A stretch of 64,000 bases of DNA. Origin: Cetorhinus maximus. Taxonomy: Eukaryota. The stretch spans positions 109,058,001 to 109,122,000 of the forward strand of contig NC_135890.1 in assembly GCF_964194155.1 (NCBI RefSeq), read 5' to 3'. Made by a program: the position numbers and the translations under genes. Shown piece by piece: positions 39,661 to 51,487 of this stretch. Within the stretch, counting starts at the first letter, position 1. Each line of letters starts with the position of its first letter. The notes beneath the pieces are model-generated. The model did not search any database, had not been told where the DNA came from, and was given only the letters and a program-made list of their open reading frames with translations.

Positions 39661-39883
39661 AGAACAAAAACTAAAATACCTGGAAAAACTCAGCAGCTTT
39701 GACAGCATCTGCGGAGAGGAACACAGTTAACACATCGAGTCCTTATGACTCTTCATCATTCATTCAGACGCGAAGCGTTAACTGTGTTCCTCTCCGCAGA
39801 TGCTGTCAGACCTGCTGAGTTTTTCCAGGTATTTTTGTTTTTGTTCTAGATTTCCAGCATCCGCAGTATTTTGTTTTTATCTT
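39661..39883. mobile_element. Fold-back Penelope pLTR insertion nested in CR1
   Basis: Inverted arms; 14-bp TSD AGTG(G/A)TGAATGGCT at 39647-39660 and 39884-39897. Confidence 0.9.
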
Positions 39884-42800
39884 AGTGATGAATGGCTGTT
39901 TTTTCAGACTGGAGGAAGGCATACAGTGGGGTTCCCCAGGGGTCGGTACTAGAACCACTGCTGTTCTATATTAATGACACAGACTTGAATGTGCAGGGCA
40001 CAATTTCAAAATTTGCTGATCACACAAAATTTGAAACTATTGTGAACTTGAGAAGGATAGCAATATACTTCAAGAAGACAGGCAGACTGGTGGAATGGGC
40101 AGATATGTGGTAGATGAAATTTAATGCAGAGAAGTGTGAAATTATATACTTTTGGTAGGAAGAATGAGGAGAGGCAATTAAAAATAAAGGGTCCAATTCT
40201 AAAGGGGGTGCAAGAGCAGAGGGACCTGCAGGTGTAACTGTACAAATTGTTGAAGGTGACAAGGCAGGTTGAGAAAGTGATTGATAAAGTATATGGGATC
40301 CTTGGCCTTAAAAACCGAGGCATTGAATGCAAAAGCAATGGCTCGGTCTCATATGAAGCAGTGTGTCCAATTCTGGGCATCACACTTTAGGAAGGATGTG
40401 AAGGCATTAGAGATGGGGCAGAAAAGATTCACAAGAATGGCTCCAGAGATTAGGGATTTCAGTTACGTGGATAGTTTGGAGAAGCTAGAGTTGTTCTCTT
40501 TCGAGAAGGTTGAGAGAAGACTTGATAGAGGTGTTCAAAATCAAACTGTTCCATTTAGTAGAAATGTCAATACCCAGAGGACACTGATTTAAGGTGAATG
40601 ACAAAAGAATCAAGGGCAACATGAGAAAAATCATTTCTTTTTAATGCAGTGAATGTTTAAGGTTTGGAATGCACTGCCTGAATGTGTGGTGGAAACTGAT
40701 TCAATCATGGCTTTCAAAAGGGAATTGGATAATTATTTGAAGAGAAAAAAATTGCAGGGCCATGAAGAAAGGGCAAGGGAGTGGGACTGGCAAAGTTGCT
40801 CTTGCACAGAGCTGGCATGGATATGAAGGGCTAAATACTCAACTTCTGTCACATTATCCTTCCATGATTTAACATCCTTTTTCCAAAGAACTTCAATAAT
40901 GTTATTTCGTAATTATAGAACTAGTGATGAGGTTTGGGCAATTAAATATGAAATTACATCTTCAACATCCAGAAAAGGAAAATCCTCCAATTGGACCTGT
41001 TTAGGAGCTTGTTCTTGAAGAAATTACTGTTCTTTCCGAAAAAATTTGCCAAATAAATTTGGTGAATGCCCCATTTCTATCATACTGAAATTATGCGCAA
41101 GTGTTGCAATTATACGTTATGTAATAACAATGTGCTTGTAAACAAAGGAGAAAAACCATGTTAAACTTTTATCTACTGTACAACTTGCATTGATATAATG
41201 CAGTGGTTCATGTACTAACATTTCTGGGGGGATGGGGGGTGGGGTATGGAATGGAACACAGGAGAAATTGTCTATAGGTAGATCCTCTTGCACATCCCCA
41301 ACATAATCTGCCTTGTTTGTTTCTTCTCCCATTTCACTGTAACTTGTTGCAGAAATTATAGCTGCAGTCTCTCAGTCACCAGCATGGATGGCACTGTGAG
41401 CAGTTAAATAAAAGTCTTTGGGTTTGCATTTGATTGGGTTTAAACATTTTGGCAAGCTGAGCTCACGTTTGTTTTCTTTATAGATACTGTAGTTCTAAAT
41501 TAAAAAGACTTGCAATTCAGAATATTGCCAAGGTTACTACTGACCAGACGTTATAGGAGGTGACGGAGGCAGGTTGTGATGATGGTGCTGTAATTTCCAT
41601 AGGTTGCTTAAAAAAAATCTTTGCTTGGTATTGCTCCAAGATTTTTTCCTCCTTTATTGTGTCCTTTCCACAACTTTTCAAGATGTTGTTGTCTAGTTTT
41701 GACTTTTATACTAGTTTTTTTGGGAGGAATTCAAATGATTTTATGTGAAGATCTTGATTCATATTCACCAATTTCACAGGGTGACGGACCTATTGTCTTT
41801 GTAAAATTAATAATTTAAGTGCACCAATCCCAATGTAAATCTGGAATGCATAACAAATCATTAAAATGTGAAATGTTTTAATATAAAATGTTAATACTTA
41901 GAGGAAAAAAATATTTAAAGCAACTGTATATTTTTATTTTTAGAAGTGGTGGATGTTAAGTACAATAGGCTGCAATAAAACTAATTCATCTGGAGAGAGA
42001 GAAAAGTTTGCTTCAAAAGTGGACATCTAGTTTTCAGGTACAGTGATTACCAAGATGGAATGATACCTAGTACTGAGAATAGCATGTACTCAAAGCGACA
42101 TGGGGAGAGTTTGCTTTGGGAAAAATAATCCTCCTCATTCTTGGACTTTGCGGTATCCAAAAATATTTTGGGGAAATATCAAATAGGAAGGAATGAGCAG
42201 AATTTGAATGGTGTCTTAATTATTGAAAATAGATTTAGATGAATCTGAACAGTTTGTCATCTTTGATTTAAGTGAAACTGGCAGGAGAGATGTTTTCTAC
42301 CCAGTGAAATACAAACAGTACTACCCATTCACAAATTGTTCTGCAGTATCCATGCAGCCACAGGCTTCTCCTGCACATTGCAATTGTGTGCAACCAGGTT
42401 TTTTTTCCCTCAACGTGCAGTCATGCAGTATTTAAATGGAACAAAGTTTTCAAGGTACTTTTCAGGCTGATGCAGGTGAGAACATTCTTCCAACATAAGC
42501 AATTAGCTGAAATTTGGGTCCAAATTAGAGCACGATGGTCAGACAGGGCAGTCAAGGATTTGGTACTGTTTGTACAACTTAGCTGTGTGAAAGAGAGTTT
42601 TCACTTACTGGAATGAAATCAAAATATCGCCAGAATCCATATGTAGGAAACAATTTACAGCTCAAACTATTGCCCATCACTCCAAATGTTATGTGTATAT
42701 GCTTGAACATACCATTATTGTGACGGATGAGATTCTAAGTAGTACTACTATGGTATTGTTTAAATTAGGTTTGATATTTTGTACATTTTGCGCAATGCTT

Positions 42801-43189
42801 AGGCGTTAACAGAGTTAAAATGTTAAACCTGTATGATGATTTGGGTACACATGCAGCTCCAGAAGTGGGTATGCAATAGATAAAGTCTGGGAACCTCTGA
42901 TCTTGGGAGTATCCCAAGAGATGGGACAAAAAGGAGAAGCCATTGCTAGAGATGCACTGACTGCAGTGGAAAGTTCAATGGCGTTGGTTGACAGTAGAGA
43001 GGGTTGGAGGAGAATGACGATGTCAACTTAAGCACCCACAATCAGAGCCAAAGTACAAGAAAGGGAGTTTGGAAAGAACACTGTGGGATTTTAGCTTCGG
43101 GATCAGGACGGAAGACTTGAGTTGCCCCAGTGTGTGGGGTTAGAGAGATCGCTTTGGGAGGTTAAGTCACCTAAGGCTAATTTTGCGCC

Positions 43190-43500
43190 CAAATAAACGG
43201 CCCCTTCAGAGTAGATCATAACAGCTAAAATTCTAACAGCGGCACTTTCAACGCATGTCTGAATCTGTAGCGTTCCCTTCAGTAAAACATTCCGTTTGAG
43301 GCCCCTCGAATACTAGCCGGCGTCACCCTTTCCAATTGTTGTGGTTCAGCCGCTACACGGCCTCCATGTCACTCACCTCAGGCGCTGCGCCATCGGCCGG
43401 AAGTCACCGCCAAGTGTTGCGTCATGCCGCACGACGACCGGATATTGGGTCCGGGCTCCAGCGGCGCACGTGGCACGCGCCCTGCCCTGCCAGCAACCAG
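43190..43500 (-). promoter_or_regulatory. CpG-island promoter and first exon (ATG GCG CAG CGC CTG AG|gtgagt at 43393-43377), probably driving the TMEM248-like gene or a decayed upstream gene
   Basis: CpG-rich; ETS/GABPA CCGGAAGT 43397-43404, E-box CACGTG 43467-43472, canonical GTGAGT donor at 43376. Confidence 0.7.
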
Positions 43501-44339
43501 AGGTGAAAGGTTAATAACCTCAAATAGTAGCTATGCCTGCCTCCACGGCTGCTGCCTGAGCATTTCCAGTTTAAGATTTCTAGCATCTGCAGCATTTTGC
43601 TTTTCCACCACTGGGATCCTTTAGTACAAAATGTTAAGCTATTTCAAATGCTACATTTTGCTTTAGTTGTCTGCCAAGTTATAAGGGTAGCACTAGCTGA
43701 ACTAGGCATGACCCGCTGAGATGGTTGTCCTGATAAAAGCTTCTAAATGGAAAATTTAAAGATGGGTCTTGAAGATTTCAAGTGATAGGGCTGCAACTAC
43801 TTCCTTTAACAGCTTGTTCCATTGTCTTTAAGATTGTTGATACTGTCTTGGAAATAAATGGTCTTTGTAGTTTGTGGACAGTACCTTGTGTTGTCAGTCA
43901 GGGGGCACCAGGTACTTGTTTCTGTCGATCCCCATCAATACATTCTATATTTTATAGAACATGGTCAGTCTATTTTTCCTTCCACTGCTATAGTGATTCC
44001 CATTCCAAATCTTTGGAATATGGAAAGGATATGACACTGCTATATTTCCTATGCAGATTTGTGCAGCATGTCTTTGGATCGCTTCAATCTTATTTATATC
44101 TGACCATTAAGGATCCTACAAACAACATGCACACTTCAGGATTGTGTAAACACATGTTAAGTAAGCAATACCAAAGATTCATCCACAGAAATTCAAGAAC
44201 CCCATTTGCTTTAGATGTTATCTGCTGAATGTCCCTATTGAAGATTGTAAGATGAACCCCCAGGTACGGCTTTGTATGTATCTATTGGATCATTTGATTA
44301 CATCTGTACAACCGTGTTCAAATATTCCCCAGCCCCCAT

Positions 44340-44455
44340 TTCTAATTTTCTTTAGTTCTGATGAAGTCATACAGACTCGAAACATTAACTCTGTCTACCT
44401 CTCCACAGATGCTGTCAGACCTGCTGAGTTTTTCCAGCTAGTTTTATTTTTATTC
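44340..44455 (+). mobile_element. Penelope pLTR fragment with CTGATGA hammerhead core
   Basis: AGTT-CTGATGA-AGTC-ATACA-GACT-C-GAAA-CATT-AACT at 44354-44390, followed by the pLTR body. Confidence 0.8.
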
Positions 44456-44760
44456 TCCAACCTTAGTTTGTACTACATATGAAGACTACAGTTGACCCTG
44501 TTCAATGCCACAGGAGATTGACTAGTTGCTATAAATTTTAAAATGCTTTTAAGAAAAACTAAAAATATTGATTTTTCCAATACAATGAACTTCCAAGTCC
44601 TGTGTGTATATTGCACGAACTTTGCCAATGAATTTAAAGCTTAGCTTTATGATGGTACAGTTAGTCCCACAAGGGTTAACACCCCAACAGAATAACACAG
44701 CTAAAATTTCCAAGAACAGTGAAAAACAGTAATTTAACAACAATACAATGCTGTCACCTA

Positions 44761-45020
44761 CAACAAAAACAAAAATAGCTGGAAAAACTCAGGTCTGGCA
44801 GCATCTATGGAGAGGAATACAGTTAACGCTTCGAATCCATATGACTTCATCAGAACTAAAGAAATATAGAAAATATTTTCTATATTTCCTTAGTTCTAAT
44901 GAAGTCAGACAGACTTGAAACGTTAACTGTATTCCTCTCCGCAGATGCTGTCAGACCTGCTGAGTTTTTCCAGCTATTTGTTTCAGATTTCCAGCATTCG
45001 CAGTATTTTGGTTTTATCTT
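44761..45020. mobile_element. Fold-back Penelope pLTR insertion downstream of RPL6
   Basis: Inverted arms; perfect 14-bp TSD AATGCTGTCACCTA at 44747-44760 and 45021-45034. Confidence 0.92.
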
Positions 45021-45464
45021 AATGCTGTCACCTAATGGTTTAAGGGAATTTCTGAGTTTCATGTTTCTAGGGACTGCTCACATGGAGTCTTCAAGGCCAC
45101 ATATTTAAATCCATGCTCTTTCCTAATTTAGACAATTAATTTGCAGTAAATAAATTTGTGTATTCCAATTTAGGCTTCATCCACTAAAGGCAATTTTTAC
45201 AAACCTCCAGCCAAGAAATTTAAACAGATCAAACACAAATAAAATCAGATAAGATAGGGGGCTGTGACCCACAGACTGGTTTGGATACCCTGGATTAGAG
45301 CTTCCCTGGAGTTTCAACTACATCTTCCACCTTAAACATATGTTATAAATGTAAAACTATAAGCTCAATGTCTGTAAAAATTGTTTAAAAAATCTGATAA
45401 CATTTTTATTTTGAATCATGTTCACAAACACAAAAACAGAAGCCAAAAGTGTTGAAATCCCAAT

Positions 45465-45470
45465 TTTAAT
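45465..45470 (-). terminator. RPL6 polyadenylation signal (ATTAAA)
   Basis: ATTAAA about 24 nt after the stop, followed by a GU/U-rich tract; an AATAAA also lies at 45405-45410. Confidence 0.6.
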
Positions 45471-45493
45471 AAGTATATCTCTTTACAGCTTGC

Positions 45494-45646
45494 TTAAAAG
45501 ATTAATTTATGTGGATAAACGCCCTTAGACAGACAGAACATGGAGCGGAGGTAGCCACGGAGCTGAGCAGTCTGTTTAACAATGGGCAGGAGTTGGGAAT
45601 CCACAGTCTTCTGGTCTTCCTTCCGCTGTTCTGTTAGCTGATATTT
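45494..45646 (-). CDS. RPL6: 60S ribosomal protein L6 (eL6), last coding exon
   Basis: ctcag|[50 protein letters not shown]. Confidence 0.96.
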   Translation of the reverse strand, partial: KYQLTEQRKEDQKTVDSQLLPIVKQTAQLRGYLRSMFCLSKGVYPHKLIF

Positions 45647-48247
45647 CTGAGGAGAGAGAAGAGTGCAAAGATGAGGCAGGACAAAATGTGGCAAGTTGAA
45701 TGACTAGAACTTCATAATCACATACATTATGTTGAATGAAATTTTTGTGCAATAGCCACTTTGAACTTCTTGAAGTTATATATTTTAGCCTCCTATATGT
45801 TAGAGGTTTTAAGCCACACAGCAAAGTCGTTTTTCCACTGCAATGAGGCTATCACTATAAAATGGTTTATATAGAGCATTAACATAATAAAACATCCCAA
45901 GGCACTTCACAGAGGCATTATTAAACAAAATATGGCAGTGTGTCACTGAAGGAGATAGTAGGGCAGATGACCAAAAGCTTGGCCAAAGAGGTAGATTTTA
46001 AGGAGTATCTTAAACGGAGGAAAGTGAGGTCAGGCAGAGGTTTAAGGAATATTTAAAATGTGTTGACTGAAGTGCAACATTTCCTCAAAACACATCGGTG
46101 CTGGACAGAGCATTAAACAGCAGCAACACAAGTTTTTAATCTGAAACCGTAGAATGGGTTAATTCCACAAAATGACTCCAATACGGACTGCAGTGATTTT
46201 GTGGGGTTTGTGCAAAATATGTGCTGTATGAAATGGTAAAACTTGGAGTCAGGCTTCATATGTTCATCAGCACCCTGTTAATACCTTATTGGCCACCTGA
46301 ACACAGACAAGATTACTAGAGGCACCTGGACTTTAACAGGCTCTTAATTAAAATCAGAAGTGCTGCTAAGGCAGAGAAACAATGGCATGTAAGATATAAT
46401 CCGATTTCCTGAAACCAACAATATGGTACCTGAAGTAATTTTTGGTTGCGGTCAAATCCTGGAAAATATCCTCCATGCAGCAATTTCCAAACAGATTCCC
46501 CAAATAAGCAAAGGGCATTTTCCAAAATAAAACTGATGCAATCAGTGGTAGCTTTCTGTTTCGTAAGACAATGGTTTTGCCTTATGAGACAGGTGGCTGC
46601 CACTGATTTTAACTTAATTGCATTAAATTGCAATACACACATACTAAAACTGTTCTGAAGAGTGTATTCAAACTGAAATGTTAGATCTGTTTCTCTTTCC
46701 AGATGCTGCCAGACCAATTAAGTATTTCCAGCACTGTTTTAATACTAAAACTAATTCCTAGTCCACAGCAAAATGAGGTAAAGAACAAACTTGTAATTTA
46801 AAGTGCCTTACATTGCATCCCAAAGTGCTTCAGTTACTGACGTACCCTTTAAACTGTAGTCACCGTTGTAATTTGGGAAATGCAGCAGCATTACAAGGTC
46901 CCACAAATAACAAAATAAATGACAATTTAAAAAAAAGTTAGCTGAGCAATAAGTGTCAACCAGAACACCGGGGGAACCACACTGCTCGTCTTCAAATGGC
47001 ACCATGAAATCTTGTGCCTAGTTGACAGAGGAGATGGGGCTTTAACAGATCAGTGTAGTACACAACTCAAGAGTCAGCTCAGATTATGTGCTCACAGCTC
47101 CGCAGTGGGGCTTAACTCTATAATTTTTTGACTAAGAGGCAAGATGCTACCATTGAAATAAGGCTGAAACTACATCTGAGACACACATGAAATCTGCTCT
47201 AATTTTGAAAAAGAATCACTATTTTGCTTCTATTGGAAGCTGTCCTACCCAGAAATATCCTATTTTTGGCTCATTAGTGCGAGCCACCTCAATCTGCAGT
47301 GAATCTACTTGGCTTGAAGTGTACCAATTCAAGCACTCCTCTCCAAGAGATTAGTTTTTATGCCAGTGACAGTTCCAGATTCGGATCGTCCTAATCTACC
47401 ATTCTCACCTGACTGAGTCCTACTCACTGGGATTAATCACTGTCTTTGTTAGTCAATAAAAAGCCCACTAAGTATCATGGAATGCAGACCACTCATTGGG
47501 CTGAGACTGTTACTATAGCAAGCAAAAATTGTGCCACATCATCGTTGAAGCCAACTTCTGACACAGAGTGTAGCTTGCACCCCTAGCAACCACATCAGGT
47601 ACCTGCACCTCCTAATTACAAAAAACAGACTTTAATCAAATAAGATATTGGCCTGATTTTTTTGAGAGAGATTATTGTCGAGGTATAATATTCACCAGAA
47701 TACCAGGGAGATCTCCACTCTTCTTCAAACTAGTGCCACTGACGTCCATCCAAGAGCACATTTTAACATCTCATCACAAAGTGAAGCATTCTCTCAGTAC
47801 TGCACTGAAGTGTCAGCCTGCAACCTTGTGCTCAAGTCTCGGGATTGGGTCTTGCCAAACACACAGCCAACTGAGCCACAACTGACACTTACTGGTCACG
47901 CACGCCCCAAAGTATGTGTTTATAGAAGCACAAGAGCAAACTCCCAAACAGCCCAGGCTCACAATTGATAAGGTCAGAGAATTGACTATATACACAAAGC
48001 TACACACCAACATGAGGCACCTTTGGGAGAAAATCCCAGTGGCTTCTAAAGCATGTCCTGTGGAATACAATTCTCAAGGCCAATTAAGGATGGACAATAA
48101 ATGCTGGCCTAGCCAGCAACACCCACACCCCATGAATGAATTTAAAAAACCCCACAGTATTTCAAATTACCATTCCCTTTCACTGCAAGTAAATCACCTG
48201 AATATATAACTGACATTTATGCCATCCATCAAATTTGCATTATAGAC

Positions 48248-48401
48248 CAATGTAACAATCTGTAAAGGTGGTTCGAGCGCACCCAACTACGAATTCCTTG
48301 CCGTATTCCCCTGCAATGCTAATTTCTGTGGACATTTTGGAACTTGTCATAATCATGTAGTGAAAACGGCCATAAATCATAAAAAACAGAACATGATCCC
48401 A
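48248..48401 (-). ncRNA. Candidate intronic box H/ACA snoRNA (RPL6 intron 6)
   Basis: Hairpin, H box ACAGAA (48329-48324), hairpin, ACA (48253-48251) + 3 nt; ~154 nt; several CpGs retained. Folding done by eye only. Confidence 0.45.
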
Positions 48402-48977
48402 AAAAATAAATCAGCAAAAAATTCTTAATTCAACTTTGTTGCTGGAATGAGTTTTGCTGCTGTCTAGCAACCAACATGGAGCAAAGCTCTACTACCTGAG
48501 TTTGGCAATTTAAGCTAAAGCATTGGGGGATGAGCCACATCTGAGAGGTACCTAACCATAAACAACCGTTACAGGCAGGAGGGGAAAAGCAGCAAATAAT
48601 CTGAGGTTTAAAATCACTCTCAGATGCAACTCCAAACAAGCAGAAGAGCATCGTTAACACAGCAAGTGTAATATGTCAACCCATTTTCTCAACCAGGCTT
48701 TCCAAAAGGAATCGGATAAATATAAAAGAAAAAAAATTCAGGTCTACGGGGAGGGGACTGGCCGAGAAGCTCTTAGAGATCCAGCATGGACACGACAGGC
48801 TGAATGGCCCCATTCTGTGCTGCAACCATTCTATGGGCAAGATTTGTAATGCAGGGGAAGCCTTTAGGAAGAACGGAGACAGAATGGTACAATTGTGCAA
48901 ACTCTGGAAAAAAAAGTAGATTGTGTGACACAAGTGATTAATGAGCTGGAACACTGAAGTACAGTGCAGTCTCTAAC

Positions 48978-49162
48978 CTCTTTCTCAGTGTCAAAGATCT
49001 CGCCCTCCTGGTGCTTGGGTCTGCGCAGCTTCTTCTTCTTGAAGTAGGAATCAGTCAAGTGCTTGGGGATTTTCACAGCTGACAGGTCAACCTTTGTAGA
49101 TGTTGCGATGACAAATTTTTGGTGAACTCTACGCAGTGGGACACGATTGAGAGCCAGAGGAC
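48978..49162 (-). CDS. RPL6: RPL6 coding exon 5
   Basis: (G)[61 protein letters not shown]|gttaga; 185 nt. Confidence 0.96.
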
Positions 49163-49777
49163 CTACAGCCAACACGAGAGGAATCAGAAGTAATCCAGAT
49201 CAGCAAAATGGAAAAGGAACACATTACAAAGACCAATGCAAACATGTTTAAGGTGCTAACATTTTAAATAATGTTGCAATACAGTACGCCTCAATGTTGC
49301 ACCAGAGCAAGGTACCATTCTGGCCCCATGATCGCTCTCAGTTCTGCACCTTTGTGCAATTAAAAAATGATATACAGACATCACTGAAAACAAATAAATC
49401 AAAGTGACGAACAGAATGGAATCAAAACCATACCCACTGTGAGAAGGCCAGTGGGGAGATGTTATATTTGCACAACTTCATATGCAAACAATGCACAACA
49501 TGAAGGAAAATTTTGTGACAAGCTTTTAAAAAGGTAAAACATGGGCAGAATTATTCATAAGGCTTAAGCTTGCAAAACACCTGACAAGTTGGCATGCTCA
49601 TCTGCAGAAACTGAAATTGTAATTATGAACATGAGCACATGCAAAATTCCCCAAACAGAAGACTTGGGAAAGCACATGCCAGCTGCAATATGCATACAAG
49701 TATTATTGAGCAAGAAGCTGTTCCCCATCTCTTCTAGCAGGTAAAATTTAAGTGAAAACAGCATTAAAGGAACTCAC

Positions 49778-49826
49778 CGGTGATCAGCAGCAGACCACTG
49801 TCGAGCTGCTTCAAGAAAAGCACACG
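49778..49826 (-). CDS. RPL6: RPL6 coding exon 4
   Basis: ttgcag|RVLFLKQLDSGLLLIT(G)|gtgagt; 49 nt. Confidence 0.95.
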
Positions 49827-49999
49827 CTGCAAGGAAAAGAAGTCAAAAATCAATCTTTATCAAAATTGTTCCCTACAAACTAATTAAAATTTATTGTCCT
49901 AGGCATAAGAAAAAAAGCCATATCTGTTAACAATAGTTTTCTTTTGCCCTCCAGATGAAAGAAGCAGTCTTATTCCAGAAGGGGGAAAAAAGGGAGGAG

Positions 50000-51410
50000 A
50001 GCCAAAGCCAGAATTCCTAGAATGACAAGGTAGATAGAGAATATAATGAAACAGAAAGAGGGTATATGATGCATGTCATGCCAAATACAAAAAGTGAAGC
50101 GGAAAATAAGGCTAGCAAAGGGCGAATGAGGAAAACAGAATGGCAATTAGCATAAAAGGGAACCAAAAATCTTCCACTGGCTGGTAAATTGTAAGTGGAT
50201 AACAAGAACAGGTTGGGGTCGATTAAGGACAAAGAGGGTGATTTAGGCTAAAATACTTAAATGATTACTCTGTACCAGTGTTTACGAAGGAAGAGGATGC
50301 TGACAAAATATATCCATGGAAGCCGAGATAATATGCAATGGATGGGGTGAAAAATGATAGGCAGGGTGTACTAGAAAAGCTGTCTATGCTGAAAGTGGAT
50401 AAGTTGTCTGATCTGGATGGCTTACATCTCAGGTTGATAAGGGAATTGGAGGTGGAGGTTGCAGTAGGGCCTACCATAATCTTTAAATTTGCCATAGATA
50501 CAGGGGAGCTGCTACAGGATTGGAGAGGGGCAAATGTGACAACTTTATTCAAAAAAGGGTGTAAGAACATTCCTAGCAAAGGTCAGTTTAAAATCAACAA
50601 TGGGCAAGGTTTTAGAAACCATAAACGGACAAAAAATTAATAGGCACTTGGAGAGGTTTGGAGTTACTTGAGCCAGCAGATTTTTGGAAGGCAGATCATG
50701 CTCGACTAATCTAATTGAAGTTTTTGATGAAGTAACAGAGAAGGTTGAAGGGTATGCAGTAAATGTTGATTTTTAAGAAAGCGTTTGACAAAGTATCACA
50801 TAAAAGGCTGGTTAACAAAATTGAGGCTCATGGAACAGGAGGCTAAGGTCAGTATCAGCTTGGGAAAAAATTGCCTTAAGGACAGAAAACAGCAGCTCAA
50901 GGTAAATGGTAATTTTTTTCCAGACTGGAGGATGGTAGACAGTGGCATTTCTCAAAGGTCAGTGTTTGCAGCACTGCCTTTTTGATAAATAAATGACCTA
51001 GATATTGGAATATAGAGCAAAATTTCAAAATTTGACAATGATACTAAACTTGAAGGCATAGCAAACAGTGAGGATGATACTACTGGGCTGAAATTTGACA
51101 TAAATAGGCTAGCTGAATGGGTAGACAAATGGCAGATGGAATTTAATACGGAGAGGTGTGAGGTGCTGTATTCTGGCAGAAAGAATACAGAGAGGCAAAA
51201 TGAATTTCATGGCACACAGCTCTAAAGAGTGTGAAGGGACAGAGGGACCTGGGGGGGTGGGGTTCATGTGCATAGACTTTGAAGGTGTCAGGACAAATTG
51301 AGTGTAGGTAGCAAAGCAGGGAAATGGGACTAACTGGATTGCTCTACAGAAAGTCTGCATGGATTCAATAGGCCGAATGGCCTCCTTCTGTACTGTAATG
51401 TCAATTCCAT
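50000..51410 (+). mobile_element. Decayed CR1 LINE in an RPL6 intron, antisense to the gene
   Basis: DGLHLRLIREL, DWRGANVTTLFKKG and further RT remnants; CR1 3' end near 51400. Confidence 0.85.
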
Positions 51411-51487
51411 CCATAGATGTAACAGTACAGTGAAAGAGATGAAGACAAAACACTGTCAATGATCAGTTAAGCCATAGACTCTCCTAC

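Larger units (their letters stand above)
34440..40860 (+). mobile_element. Older CR1 LINE (+) split by nested insertions (pieces 34440-34965, ~39350-39660, 39884-40860)
   Basis: NYRPVSLT before 34965 resumes after ~39350 with RT motifs ([17 protein letters not shown]) and the CR1 3' end. Confidence 0.8.

Noticed and set aside
40860-42830. Possible endogenous viral or transposase fossil (+ strand ORFs 42223-42435, 42386-42616)
   Set aside because: No diagnostic motif recognised on either strand; kept only as part of the exon-like chain finding.
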